Source: Octopus vulgaris (lineage: Eukaryota). Taken from it: 64,000 nt of DNA. The position numbers were made by a program, and so were the translations under genes. The notes beneath the pieces are model-generated. The model did no database searches. It was not told the DNA's origin and saw nothing but the letters and a program-made list of their open reading frames with translations. The stretch covers positions 30,504,001 through 30,568,000 of the forward strand of contig OX597816.1 of assembly GCA_951406725.2 (NCBI GenBank), in the 5' to 3' direction. Shown here piece after piece: positions 29,778 through 43,560 of this stretch. The first letter of the stretch is position 1. Every line of letters begins with the position of its first letter.

Positions 29778-31447
29778 CGTGTGAGTGAGTGAATGTTGAT
29801 CGATATGAGAACATAAACTTAGGTCAATGCTGGAAGACCTAAGAAATATTTCTGTATTGACTCTATATAAGTGTTGTTTACGACCACCCGTCCTTTCTCA
29901 TTAGTCATTGGTCTAATGACATTAACCAACTACACCAACACTTACCTTTTCTTTACTTTATCCTCCACCTTCCACTTTCTTTATATTTATCTTTTTCTTT
30001 CATAAGTCTTTTTACTTTCTACTTTTTCGTCTTCATTTTACCGTTTATTTTCTCCGTTTTCTTCTCCATTTCTTTATATCTTTGTCTGTTTATCGAAGCT
30101 GCGAGTATCAACACAGCACTAACTCTGTCATCTGGAAATAAGAATTCTATTTGCCGATTACCTTTGTTGTTGTTGTTTTCGGTTGTGGTAGTAGTGATGA
30201 TGTTGTTGCCATTGCTGCTGAGTCTACATTTCCTACCGATAACCACGAGGATGGTGGTGATTGTGATAAGCGTAGATATATATTTTTATTGTTTTCTTAT
30301 TGTTGAAGGTATTAAAGTTATTGTGAATGCCGTAGTGTGAAATTTGATTTCAAGAAAGTCAATTCGAACATCTTTTCCATCCATTTAAACTTTCCTCTTG
30401 ACGCCATTTTTGTTTTACATCCATTTTGTTTCTTTTACAAAATACAGAAAACTAGTGTGCTCTCTCTCTCTCTCTAACAATTTCATGGACTTCTGCGTAG
30501 TTGTTGCTGTTGTTTTCTTCTGCGCACCATGGATATCGAGTAGATTTCTAACTAGAGACATTCCAATAGTGACACTCCTAGATTTGATTCTGGAACTATT
30601 TACCATGGACTATATTATGTAAAATGTCCTTATGTCATCAAGACTTCAAGGTGGAATTTTAGAGAAACCTAACTGCTATTTCTCGTTGGTGAAGAAAATA
30701 CTTAGTGGATCACTCATTCTAAGCAGTGAAACAATATTTATTGATACAATGGTGATTATATTTCATAGCTAACAATGCAAGATAATAGTTTCTCTTAGTA
30801 TCCTCAGCAAGTATAATATTAATATCTTTAGTTAACTCTATCTTCTCTCGACCGTAGAGGGCTTATATTGGGTTAATTATGGAAGGTACGTTTTCCGAGA
30901 TTTTCATGAGACAAAAGACTAACAGAACATTTTGTACTTATTTTTTTATTCTCTCTCTCTCTTTTTTTATTACTTCACGTCGATCTGAACGGGCAGACAC
31001 TATTATCTTTTCGCTTTATATTTATTTTAATAAAACAACAAAATTGTTTGACCCTCTTTTCTTTCAGATGCTAGTGTTGAATTTATGAGAGATTTGGTAT
31101 TTATCTCCAGAAGGTTTGTGGTTTTAAACGTTGTGCATATATCTTCACAAATATTATTTGTGGGTTTCGTTTGAATACTTCCTACGTTTTGTATGTTTTG
31201 TGTATATGTCACCTTATGTTTTGTGGTTATATTTTGTAATATTCGTTTGTGTTTTATATGCCTGTGTGTGTGAGTGTGTGTGTGTGTATGTGTGTGTTGT
31301 GTGAATATACATACATACTTACGTACACACAATAAAAAAAGATACGTTTTGTTGTGGAAATCAGCTGCCCCGCTGTACACGAATGTAGTTAGAGAATACA
31401 AACAAAAGGGGACATCTATGAGCCATTGATGATGAGTTTTTATATAG

Positions 31448-31842
31448 GCATACATACATACATATATACATACATACATTCATGCATACATACATACATA
31501 CATACATACATACATACATACATGTACATACATACATACACATACATACATACATACAAAATACAAACAAAAGAGGACAACTATGAGCCATTGATGAAGA
31601 GTTTGTATACATACATACATATATACATACATACATACATGCATGCATGCATGCATGCATACATACATACATAAATATATACATACCTACATAAATACAT
31701 ACATACATACATACATACATACACACACATTCATACATACATACATACATACATACATACATACATACATACATACACACACATACATACATACATAAAT
31801 ACATATATACATACATACATACATTCACACATATATACATAC
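31448..31842. repeat. (TACA)n microsatellite, 5' flank of LINE
   Basis: Directly visible. Confidence 0.95.
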
Positions 31843-34800
31843 AACTTTATGGCAACTCTTCACACCGAGCTCTTGAGGGAAAACTAATCATTTTAAAACA
31901 TGAACTCAGGACAATGAAGGAGAAATTCTGCTATTTCAAGCGAATTTTTGAGCCAGCCAGTATCAATCGCAAGTTTGCCTCCAGCCCACAAGAATTATAC
32001 AGAGAGATGAGAAAAAATATTACCATTAAGAAAGCTCCCTCTCAAGAAGATCTACAATCATTCTGGTCAAATATTTGGAACAAAAAGAGGGATTTGAACT
32101 TGAATTCATCATGGTGAAATACAATTGAGAGAGAATACTGTACCAACACTAACAATAAAATATACGAAATTGGTGCAGAAACCTTCGCCATAGCAGTAGG
32201 CAAACTGCAGAATGGGAAGGCACCTGGAAGGGACCTAATAGTTGGATATTGATACAAGGAGCTGACATTTTTTAGAAACCAATTGATATGTATGTTCTAA
32301 AGGACTATGGAAGGTCAGACTGATATACCAAATTGGCTTGCTAGAGCAAGGACAAATCTTGTTGCCAAAAACGAAATCACCAAGATGGCAGGAAATTACA
32401 GGCTCATCGCTTGCCTAAACTTTATGTACAAACTACACAAGTTGCCTCAACCAATTCCTCCCGGATCATTGTGACTGACGAACAGGCTGGTGAAAAGAAG
32501 AGAGTATGGGGATGTGTGCCAAACAACTTTTAATAAACAAAACTATAATGTCTGAAGAAAACAACGCCGAAGCCTTGTGGCGGTATGGCTTGACTATAAG
32601 AAGGCGTTCGACTCTATCCCTCATTCATGGCTGTTGAAGTACCTACATCTGGCAAAGGTACCTACTACCTTAATTGTTACTATAAAGAGACTCACAAAGG
32701 CATGGATAACTATTCTTACTCTTACAACACAGAACAGAATAATACTTCTAATAGTATAGGCATTACAAAGGGATATTCCAGGGAGAGTCTTCTACTTCTT
32801 TTCATTTTGGCATTGAATCTATTATCGTTCCTACTGCAGAAAACAAATGGTTATATGCTAGGATATTCAACTGCCAGAATGTAACTCATAAAAGGCGGCG
32901 AGCTGGCAGAAACGTTAGCATGCCGGGCGAAATGCGTAGCCGTATTTTCGTCTGCCGTTACGTTCTGAGTTCAAATTCTGCCGAGGTCGACTTTGCCTTT
33001 CATCCTTTCGGGGTCGATAAATTAAGTACCAGTTACGCACTGGGGTCGATATAATCGACTTAATCTGTTTGTTTGTCCTTGTTTGTCCTCGCTGTGTTTA
33101 GCCTCTTCTGGGTAGTAAAGAAAAAAGTATTTCGTCTGCCGTTACGTTCTGAGTTAAAATTCCGCCGAGGTCGACTTTGCCTTTCATACTTTCGGGGTCG
33201 CTAAATTAAGTACCAGTTATGCACTGGGGTCGATATAATCGACTTAACCTCTTTGTCTGTCCTTGTTTGTCCCCTCTATGTTTAGCCCCTTGTGGGCAAT
33301 AAATAAATAAGAATGTAACTCATAATTTCTTTGTAGCCGACCAACCTAAAGATTTATGCCAAACAACTTTTAATAAAGAAAGCTGTACTGTCTTGTGTTA
33401 TCAATGCAAAAAAAATCGGATTTAATAACATTTTCAGCTAATATAGGCATGGAATTTGACCAAAAGAAGTGCTCATACTTGGTTATTGAACGGGGAAAGT
33501 CAGTGCCCCAAACTCAAAACCTGTGCGTCAACGGCCTCTCTATCTCCCTCATTCCACACAATGAATGTTACAAGTACCTAGGCATAGACGAAAATGTATC
33601 ATATGAAGGTACTGTGTATAAAGATAGAGTGACCCGAGAATATTACACCAGACTTAGAAAAATATGCCAGCCAGAACTCTCCTTTTACAACAAAACAGTT
33701 TCCCACAAAGCATTTTCAGTACCAGTGCTGATCCCAACATTTGGGATACTTGACTGGTCTGTAGGGGAAATCCACTCCATAGATGTCAAATCCTGCAAAA
33801 TCCTCATACCAACTGGGAATTTCCACAGAAACAGTAATGTTGACAGGATCTACCTAAGAAGAAATAAAGGTGGTAGAGGCCTGAATTCAGTGCAGACAGC
33901 CATCCAATGCCATATAATATCACTAAACAATAGCAGCAAAAATAAATATATTAATGTAGTCCGAAAAGTGATGTGAGCAACATTGTACGAGTTGGCAGCG
34001 ATCTCCTCAAGAAACACTCGCTTCCTGATGATCTCCTATACAGTCCCAAAACAGCTGGGCTCTCTTACCTCAGAGAAGACCTGGATGGAAAGCACACAGC
34101 ATACAAAAAAAAGCCATGCATGGGTATGTTGCCCGGAAGCTTGAAGAAGAGAGTAGAATTGACACGAAGAGCAGCCGCTCTTAGAACGAAGACTATACAT
34201 CACATCACACTTTGAAGGCTTTGCGTTTGCAATCCAGGAACAGGAGATTACCACAAAGTACCTGGCGAACAATAGAGAGAGTGACGCTCTTGTAATCCCA
34301 AAGTGCCAACGCACGTGTAGGCTATGTCATGTTTCTGTGGAGGCATTACGCTTGTGATTAGCAGCTGTCCTAAAATGCCGTAACGGTACTACCTCCCTAT
34401 GTGGCCCGATGTTGTTGGTAAAACAATTTACAATGCCATCCAACAAAAAAGACTGTCCTGAAATAAACTTAGAAAACCCATCTGTTACGGAATACATTCA
34501 TAAACACCAAATCAAGGAAGAATACTGGTGGAATATTCCCATCAAAACTACTGTCAAATGTAAGCATAACAAGTTGGATATTGATGTTTGGGACAGAGGG
34601 GCAAAGGTATGTATCATAATAGAGGTTAGCTGCCCTGCAGATATAAATATCTCTTTGAAAATCGAAGATAGAGAGGACATCTATGGACAACTGCTTCGAA
34701 ACCTCCAGCTTCTATAACCAGACTATGAATTCATATTCACACCAATAATATTTGGAGCATTAGGTTTTGTTAGTAAATGTTTAAAGGAGGATCTGGATAA

Positions 34801-35012
34801 ACCGGGACTCTCAGAGAGAGAATCTGACCAGCTTATTCGTACATTACAAGTCCCAACTGTGAGTGGAGCAGTAAAAATATGCAAAATTTTTCTCGAGCTC
34901 CATATGTGAATTTGCTTATATTAACTACATCCCATAGATGGAACGTTGTATCGTTGTTGGAGACCGGCTCCCTCCTCAGTGGAAGATCTATAATAATTAT
35001 AAAATAGAAGAG
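31843..35012 (+). mobile_element. 5'-truncated R4/Dong-like non-LTR retrotransposon (RT, CCHC, restriction-like endonuclease), pseudogenised
   Basis: Motifs in order: KAPGRDLIVGY, GNYRLIACLNFMYK, WLDYKKAFDSIPHSW, THNFFV(D)DLKIYA, YKYLGI, GGRGL, FAIQEQEITTKY, CRLC...ISSC, HNKLDIDVWD...IIEVS. Many frameshifts; (TACA)n on both flanks. Confidence 0.92.
32892..33309 (+). mobile_element. Dimeric tRNA-derived SINE, family B, nested in the LINE RT
   Basis: A box TGGCAGAAACG, B box GAGTTCAAATT; duplicated ~185-bp body; exact 16-bp TSD AGAATGTAACTCATAA at 32876-32891 and 33310-33325. Confidence 0.95.
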
Positions 35013-35140
35013 ACATACATACATACATACATACATACATACATACATACATACATACATACATACATACATACATACATACATACATACATACATACGT
35101 ACATACATACATACATACATATACATACATTCATTCAATA
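35013..35140. repeat. (TACA)n microsatellite, 3' flank of LINE
   Basis: Directly visible. Confidence 0.95.
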
Positions 35141-38100
35141 CGTACGAATCCGTTGCTCTAACCACTGGGCCATTGTGCCTCACAGACTTATGACCAAAGA
35201 CGTTCGAATTACCATCACCCGTAGCGTAGTGTAATCTAGACTATACCATAGAAATCTCCAAAGAAAAGTAAGAAGATATGGCAGTTATTTCCAGCCAATT
35301 TAGACTTCACCAAGAAGTATCCTTGTTTTGGACTGTATACTAATGATTGATTAAGTCAGTGGAGCAGAGAGGTAATTTATAGGAAAGGTGTATAGTTACT
35401 GAAACCTGCTGCAACTCTAATATTATTGACTTATGAAAACTGATTACCAAAGTTTGTTTTATACCTGTATTAAAGGCTACAACTATTACTGTAATCTATT
35501 AATACTGTTCAGCTTTTCATCATGGTCACTTGAGTAATAAGATGGATTAAAGAGCCAGATGTGTCCTTTCGTAAACTTTTGAAAGCTATCGTTGGCGTTT
35601 AAATTATTTCTTTAGAAAATCAATATTTTTCGTGATTATGAGTCTCTTTGAGAAATTATTGCAAATATATGTTATGGTATTCTCATTAATGCGTAATTAA
35701 CTATCGAATTTATGTTGGAAACCTGACTCACGTCTATGTTACATTCACATTACAGCTCACCAAAAAAAAATGTTAAGTAAATGTTAAAACTAGTAAGTAG
35801 GAAAATCTTCATTGCAGTATGTTATTTACATGTGTTCAAGTTCCAACCTTTCTAGATTCGATTTGCCTTTTCGCTACTCTGTAGTGAATAAGAGTACTAG
35901 ACAAGATTTGGGGGTCGATTAAATCGACTATATACCCACTTTTTTGCTTTGGATCAATACCAGGTATTAATATTAATATGAAGTATTAATATTTTCGTAT
36001 AATTTTTCTATTTCAAATTTTTAAAGACATCACCTTGCCTACCTCTCATCTATTTTATGGTTGCAGTTATGATTGTGTCGTTCAAGGCTTCTAGAATGGA
36101 TACCACCCTCTAGAACCTTGAATAAGTGATCTCTGATATAGCTTCATAATGACTAATGCTATGAGAATGGAGTTTGGTGTGGTGTAACTGTATGATCTAG
36201 TGTCATACACGCACGCACATACACGCACACACACACACAAACACATGTAAATCTATGTAGTAGATATACAAAGCTGGCAAATTTAATCGATTTTCGGACC
36301 TTATTGAGCTCTTATCAGAGGTATTACATCACTTGACCACAACCATCCAGTGTGTTTATATGCACAAAAAATCGATTAGCTTCAAAGAACAGGAGCTACT
36401 AAGTACAAATAAACCCGAGTTTCAGAAATGTTAGGTTGCAGAAAATTTTGCCGTAATATAGTATTGTGTTACACAAAAGAGCTTTTCGATTAGTTTCCAA
36501 GTTACATGGAATTTGGTGCTTTACGCGATATAACGTTAGCTGGGTTCCAATTGAATCGTTTCTTGTCACAAGACGAATCTCAGACAAAATCTTTTGTGAT
36601 ATTTAGTAACGGTTTAAACTTGAATTCAAATCCCACCGCTGTCAACTTTGCATGTCATTCTAACAGGTCCGATGAAATAAAATACCTGTCATGTACTGGA
36701 GTCATTTTCCTAAACTTTACTTCTCCAACAAATCTGAAATCTTGTTCCAATGGCAGAAATCAATAATTCGTAACATTCCTGGAATCACTGAATTTATATC
36801 TGACTTTTTATTTCTTTTCTGTATTAATGCTTTGTAGTTGACAATATCAGCAACAAATGCTATTGTTGTTGTTTGACCCTAGACAAACCTTAAGCAAGCC
36901 CTTTTCCAGTTGATCGACAGCGAGGAACATCCCAGGCGTCACAATCCCTTCTTTTTATTTTGTCACAATGCACACGAATTACATTGTCAAATGAGTTATT
37001 TTTTGCTTTAGAAAAAAACAAAACAAAACAAAAAAAACAGATGGCCCCTACAACTAACTATTCAAGCGATCACGTAAATACTCTCATATTGGCCTGTATA
37101 AGCACTAGTAATATACTGTTACTAATATACTGTAAGCTAGTCATGCGCAATTACATAGCTTTAGATCAAGATTAGTAATAATTAGTTAAATGATTCTATT
37201 ACTAAGAATTCGAAACGCTCGTTATTATAAACAAAATATTTCCCTACAGCCGTGGGCCAATCTGTACCTAGTGACCGAATTTTGGGAGATAGAAACTGTA
37301 TAAAAAGTCGGCAGTCCAAGAGAAGTTTCATGCCATTGAATGACAAATAGTTCATCACCTATTCTAATACCACCGTCTGATCCTTAAATGCCTGATCCTT
37401 AGATGTCTGATCCGTTGAATATATTGAGGACAGTCCACTGATGTGAGGGTAACGTCTTTTCCCCAATCTCTCATAGAAACCCTAAAAATGGTCGTTGCTG
37501 TTGCTTGACCTCCACTGAAAAAATAGTAATTGTTTCTATTTTAGGCACAATGACATTAATATCAAGAACAGGATATCAGACAATACTATTGCACACAGTA
37601 CTAGATTCATACTTTATTTATCTGCCTCGGGAGGATGAGAAGTAAAATCGAGTTCGGTAGGACTTGAGCTCAGTAACGAACATAACTGGTGACCATAATG
37701 CATTTTATCCGACGTTCTAAGTATTCTGCCAACCCACCGCACTTTAAGAATTACTTCTGATTTAAGCAAGCGTCTAGCAATATTGAGGGTAGGGTTTAAT
37801 TGACGTCATAGACACCAGTACTTAACTGGACTGTATCGACTCTGGAGCAGAGTTGGCCTCAGCAGACTTTGCACTCAGATGGGAAGAAATCAGAATTGTT
37901 ACCGCAGAGCATTTCTCCCTGACTAAGTAATAACAAATGTTGCGCAGTGAAGGTATATAGCAAACCTCAGCGAAAAGCCCACGAGTTATCAGTGTGTTAC
38001 ACAGACATATACAGCGGAGAATTCGGAGAAATTTAGTAGACCAGGTTAAAAAGGATACTAACGACTAGCAGTATTCAACAGCCGTATTTAAGTATAATTT

Positions 38101-38232
38101 GCTTAATCACCAACCAATTCAGCAAACTCATTTCTATAGCCATCTTCAAAAATATAGACAATTTGATGCCATTAATATGGTGATATCGACTATTTCATGT
38201 GACTCTTTACTAAAACACATCTAATTGTCGCT

Positions 38233-38275
<43 letters not shown>

Positions 38276-38285
38276 TACATGATAG

Positions 38286-38720
38286 GGATCCTTTTCGGTT
38301 TGAACAGCAGTTTTTTCTAGCGGTGTCATATGAAATTGTCACCCATAATTATGACCCTAGTATCGATCTATTGCATTTCAATCTATTTTAGGGTTAGGGT
38401 TAGTTAGGGTTAGGGTTAGGGGTGGGGGGAAGGGTATCTTTTTTTCTTCACAAATGTAAGTAAACCCAATCTGTTTTTTAAACGAGGGACATATTCACAC
38501 GGCACAGAATGTTGTTTACCTCAATGGACGTCAGTGATTGGTTGAAATTGCAGAAATTGAAGAAAAAACAACAACAAATATCTTACAAACCATATACTTT
38601 TCTCAATAAAGCCAAGAGAAAAAGATGTTTTATAAACACATTCTACCAGTATACGAAGTTTAAAATATTTTAGTTACCTAGAAATTATGTTAAAAACTGC
38701 CGTTCAAACCGAAAAGATCC
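38286..38720 (-). mobile_element. MITE copy 3 with internal (TTAGGG)n; Merlin-like
   Basis: Same TIRs in reverse orientation; exact 8-bp TSD CATGATAG at 38278-38285 and 38721-38728. Confidence 0.94.
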
Positions 38721-39176
38721 CATGATAGTAAAATGCTACGCGGAAAGACGGTGATAAAAGATACACCACTAATGAATCAGAAAAAAACAGCACAAAGGAT
38801 GTGGTCGCGCTCACCCTTATCACAATTACGACACCTTATTGATATCGATAGCATTGTTCCATTTGGCGACGTCAGCAGCGAAACCATGTAAGAGCATAAA
38901 TGAGCATTTACATGGTTTCAAGCACAAAATATGATGGGGTCTCCAGAGTGAACAGTAAAATGGACGAGTTATCAGGACTATGGGGAAACTATATAAAAAA
39001 AAGAAGAGAGAGTTTACGAAAAAAAGCAAAAGACGAAGACAGGTGTTGTACATATATATTTGGATTTTCATTTTATATATATATATTTATATATATCATT
39101 GTTTGTATTATAGTGCATTGTTGTGTCATTCAAAACATTTTATTCCTTATATATATACATTTATATATATACATAT

Positions 39177-39231
<55 letters not shown>

Positions 39232-39235
<4 letters not shown>

Positions 39236-39420
39236 AGAGTTTACGAAAAAAACAAAAGACGAAGACAGGTGGTGTATAAAACAAACAGATATATTAGTAT
39301 AACGCTCAGGAATAGAAAAAGTCTTTTACATTTCGAGTCTACGCTCTTCTACAGAAAGGGACATAGAAAACAATGAGAGAAAAAAAAAATGTGTGTAGTG
39401 GCTAACGATCTATCATGGCA
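39232..39420 (-). mobile_element. Probable PLE terminal (pLTR) fragment next to (TA)n, with degenerate hammerhead-like motif
   Basis: Terminus duplicated at ~39007-39050; minus-strand CTTT-CTGTAGA-A-GAGC-GTAG-ACTC-GAAA-TGTA-AAAG. Confidence 0.5.
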
Positions 39421-40641
39421 ACTAGTGCCGGACAGACGGTCAAACCTTCTGTTTGGTCAGAAGAAGACCAAGATCAAGAATGAAAAAGTAAACGATACAA
39501 GTTCATTTTATACGAAGAAAGCATTTCAGCTATATGTTAGAACAAAGTTATAAAATGCATATAGAAAAATAAGACAAATCAAGAGCTGAAACACATTCTA
39601 TGACAAGAGTGGAAAAATTATATCACAGCAACTAAAATAAAGAAAAAGGGAACTAAATCTAAAAGAATAAACAATATTTATTTCTATCTACATTCAATTA
39701 TACAACTGATCACGTTTTAAATTATAACAGTTAAATACAAACCGACACAGTTTATTTGTGATCTTTATATACAAAGAAACAAGAGAAATAGAAAGATAAA
39801 AACGAAAAGAAAGAAAAAAAGGGATGGTAAAGCTGCAAAAGATGGAGTGGGAAGGGGCCGAAAAGATGGGTAGGTTTAGAAACGGGATTGTCACGTGCTA
39901 CGTTTAAGAGAGTGGTGAGAAAGAGCGGGTTTTAACGGGTAGAGTGAAAGACTGCGAATGAAAGAAAGGGATATGTCGAACACAGTGAGGAAAGGGTAGG
40001 AATGGACGAAACAAATAAAGAATTAGAGAGAAGTTAGAGAGATCAAATACAAAGTAAGAGGGAGTGTGAAATAAGGGGTGACATGGTTGACAGAGGAAGT
40101 AATAGAAAACTAAGTAAAGGGACATGGTGTTGGGGCAGATAAGTAGAAAGAAATGTAGGGATAGAAGGATATTTGAAGAGAGTGGTAGGAACTAAAAAAG
40201 GCGAAGTGTACAAAATAATAACAGAAGATAGAGCGTAAGCAGGGAAAGAAAAGAGAGGGTGAAAGAGAGTAAAGAAGAAAGAACGAAAGAGAGACTGAGT
40301 GATGCGCACACACATACATACCCATATACAGGAAAGAAGAAAAAATGTTCAGGCCCAGAGGATGCTGGTACAAGTTTTATACTTGTTCTACACTAGTGGG
40401 AATGTAGTATTGATTTCAAATATCGGTCAAAAGCCAGCAATTTCAGAGGTTACAATTTCAATTGGTTACATCGACACCAGTACTCAAATGGTACTTATTC
40501 TACCGACCCCAAAAGGATGAAGAGCAAAGTCAAACTGGGCGGAATTTGAACTCAGAACGTAAAGCCGAACAAAATGCCGCTAATGATTTTGCCCGGCATG
40601 CTAACGATTCTGTCAGCTCACTGCCTATCAGTTTCTGATAT

Positions 40642-40870
40642 TTATTTCTTTATTGCCCACAGGGGGCTAAACATAGAGGGGACAAACAAGGACAGACAAG
40701 GGGATTGAGTTGATTATATCGACCCCAGTGATTTCCTGGTACTTATTTAATCGACCCCGAAAGGATGAAAGGCAAAGTCGACCTCGGCGGAATTTGAACT
40801 CAGAATGTAGCGGCAGACGAATTACGGCTGCTCATTTCGCCCGGCGTGCTAACGTTTCTGCCAGCTTGCC
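40642..40870 (-). mobile_element. Monomeric family B SINE inserted between two older head-to-head copies (40405-40626 minus, 40888-41088 plus)
   Basis: TSD TCAGTTTCT[G/A]ATAT at 40628-40641 and 40871-40884. Confidence 0.92.
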
Positions 40871-42584
40871 TCAGTTTCTAATATAAAGACTGCGAGCTGG
40901 CTAAATCGTTAGTAGCGTGGGCAAAAATACGTAGTGACATTTCGTTTGTCTTTACGTTCTAAGTTCAAATTCCGCCGAGGTCGACTTTTTCCTTCATCCT
41001 CTCGTACCAATTTAACACTGGGGCTCGATGTAATCGGCTTATCTCTTCCATGAAATTGTTGGGCTTGTTGCAAAATCTGAAACCAATATTTATATCTTAT
41101 ATCAACAAGTGCCTGTACATTTCTAGAGACAGATTACAATCCATTGAATCAATAATTATTTGTTAAATATTTCTTCATATTGATTCATCTGTGATTTAAA
41201 AATAAAGGTACCACTATATCTAAGGAGATTTTCACTCAGATTTTAGTTATAGGATATTCAATACTATATGGTGTTTAGCCAAATGCTTTGTACTTTGCAC
41301 CGAATAACGATGGCTAGCATAGGTACAAAAACGTCAAATGGAAAGCCTGATTACTCTGTACTATTATAAATTAAGAATGTATCTAGCGCTACATCGGACA
41401 ATATAATTTTAGATAGACGATATCCGAAAGAAAATACTGAATGGTTATAGCTGGAATACTTTTAAATATCGATTTATTCATTCAGGATCAACCTGTAGCT
41501 AAACAACAACAACAACAACAATAACAACAACAACAACAATAACAACAACAGCAAAGACAATGATATCAATCTGCAAGAAGTATTCTGCTATTAGAAGAAG
41601 CTTACAAGATCTCCATGTGACGAATTGGCGCAGATACGTGACATTAAGTTATGGGAGCAAGACATTTAGAAGACGCTAACAATAGCCCTTGTCCAACCTG
41701 TGTCATTTCTTCCAATAATTTTCCTCTTTACAAAAGGTGATTGAAACATTTCTATAGTTATCGATTTTCGACATGAGAATTATTATCTGTTTTCCGGTAT
41801 AATGACTATGTGTAATTACTAGAAAACTACTACGAGTTAACTCATTAAAGCCTATATCACATTTGATCGAACGGCTACATTCTTCTAGTGGCTGGATAAT
41901 TTAATAAAGACTCCATACAGAAAGAATACCGTCATTTCTCTTTCCTTTTCCTTCTTTTTTTATGTATTGGTATTCAATGTTTCGCATATAATGTACATTC
42001 GATTAGCAGCAAATTGGGTTACAGATTTACGATCACGTTGCTTACAATGTACAGATGAAATCAATAGCAGTATTTGATTCTATTTTACATATATCACTCA
42101 TAAAGATCAGAATCAGGTAAAATTATACGGGGAAACTTTTGGTAAATTTACTGATATCAACTAGAGATTTGTTTGTTATTGTTCTTATTGTTATTATTGT
42201 TTAGTACCAGGCTGGGGCTGCTCGAGGAGACTTCTTATAGAAGTCATTCTAGCCATGACTGTCCATACTTTCTGGATATTGTTTATTGTTTGACTGCATT
42301 ATGCAACATGTTATTTATGTTAAGGACAATAGAGTATAAGTTGGTGGACATATTTATTAGCTGTTACATTTAGCAGCTTGAACGACTGCATAGAAGTCCT
42401 ATATTGGCGCAACAGTTGATTTGCTACGATGCATAGGAGAAAATTCCGCGAAAGACTGTCAATACAAATTTGATAGGTACGTTGTGGTCTAGAAGATAAA
42501 GCATATTATAATGTATTCAATAATGTTAGAGAAATAAACAAAATGACATTATGATGGCAATGATGATGATGATGATGACCATGA

Positions 42585-43486
<902 letters not shown>

Positions 43487-43497
43487 TGATGATGATG

Positions 43498-43560
<63 letters not shown>

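Noticed and set aside
29480-31300. Repeat-poor stretch with short ORFs (30019..30246, 30415..30606) as a host exon or promoter
   Set aside because: No recognisable protein motif, convincing splice-site pair or promoter architecture.
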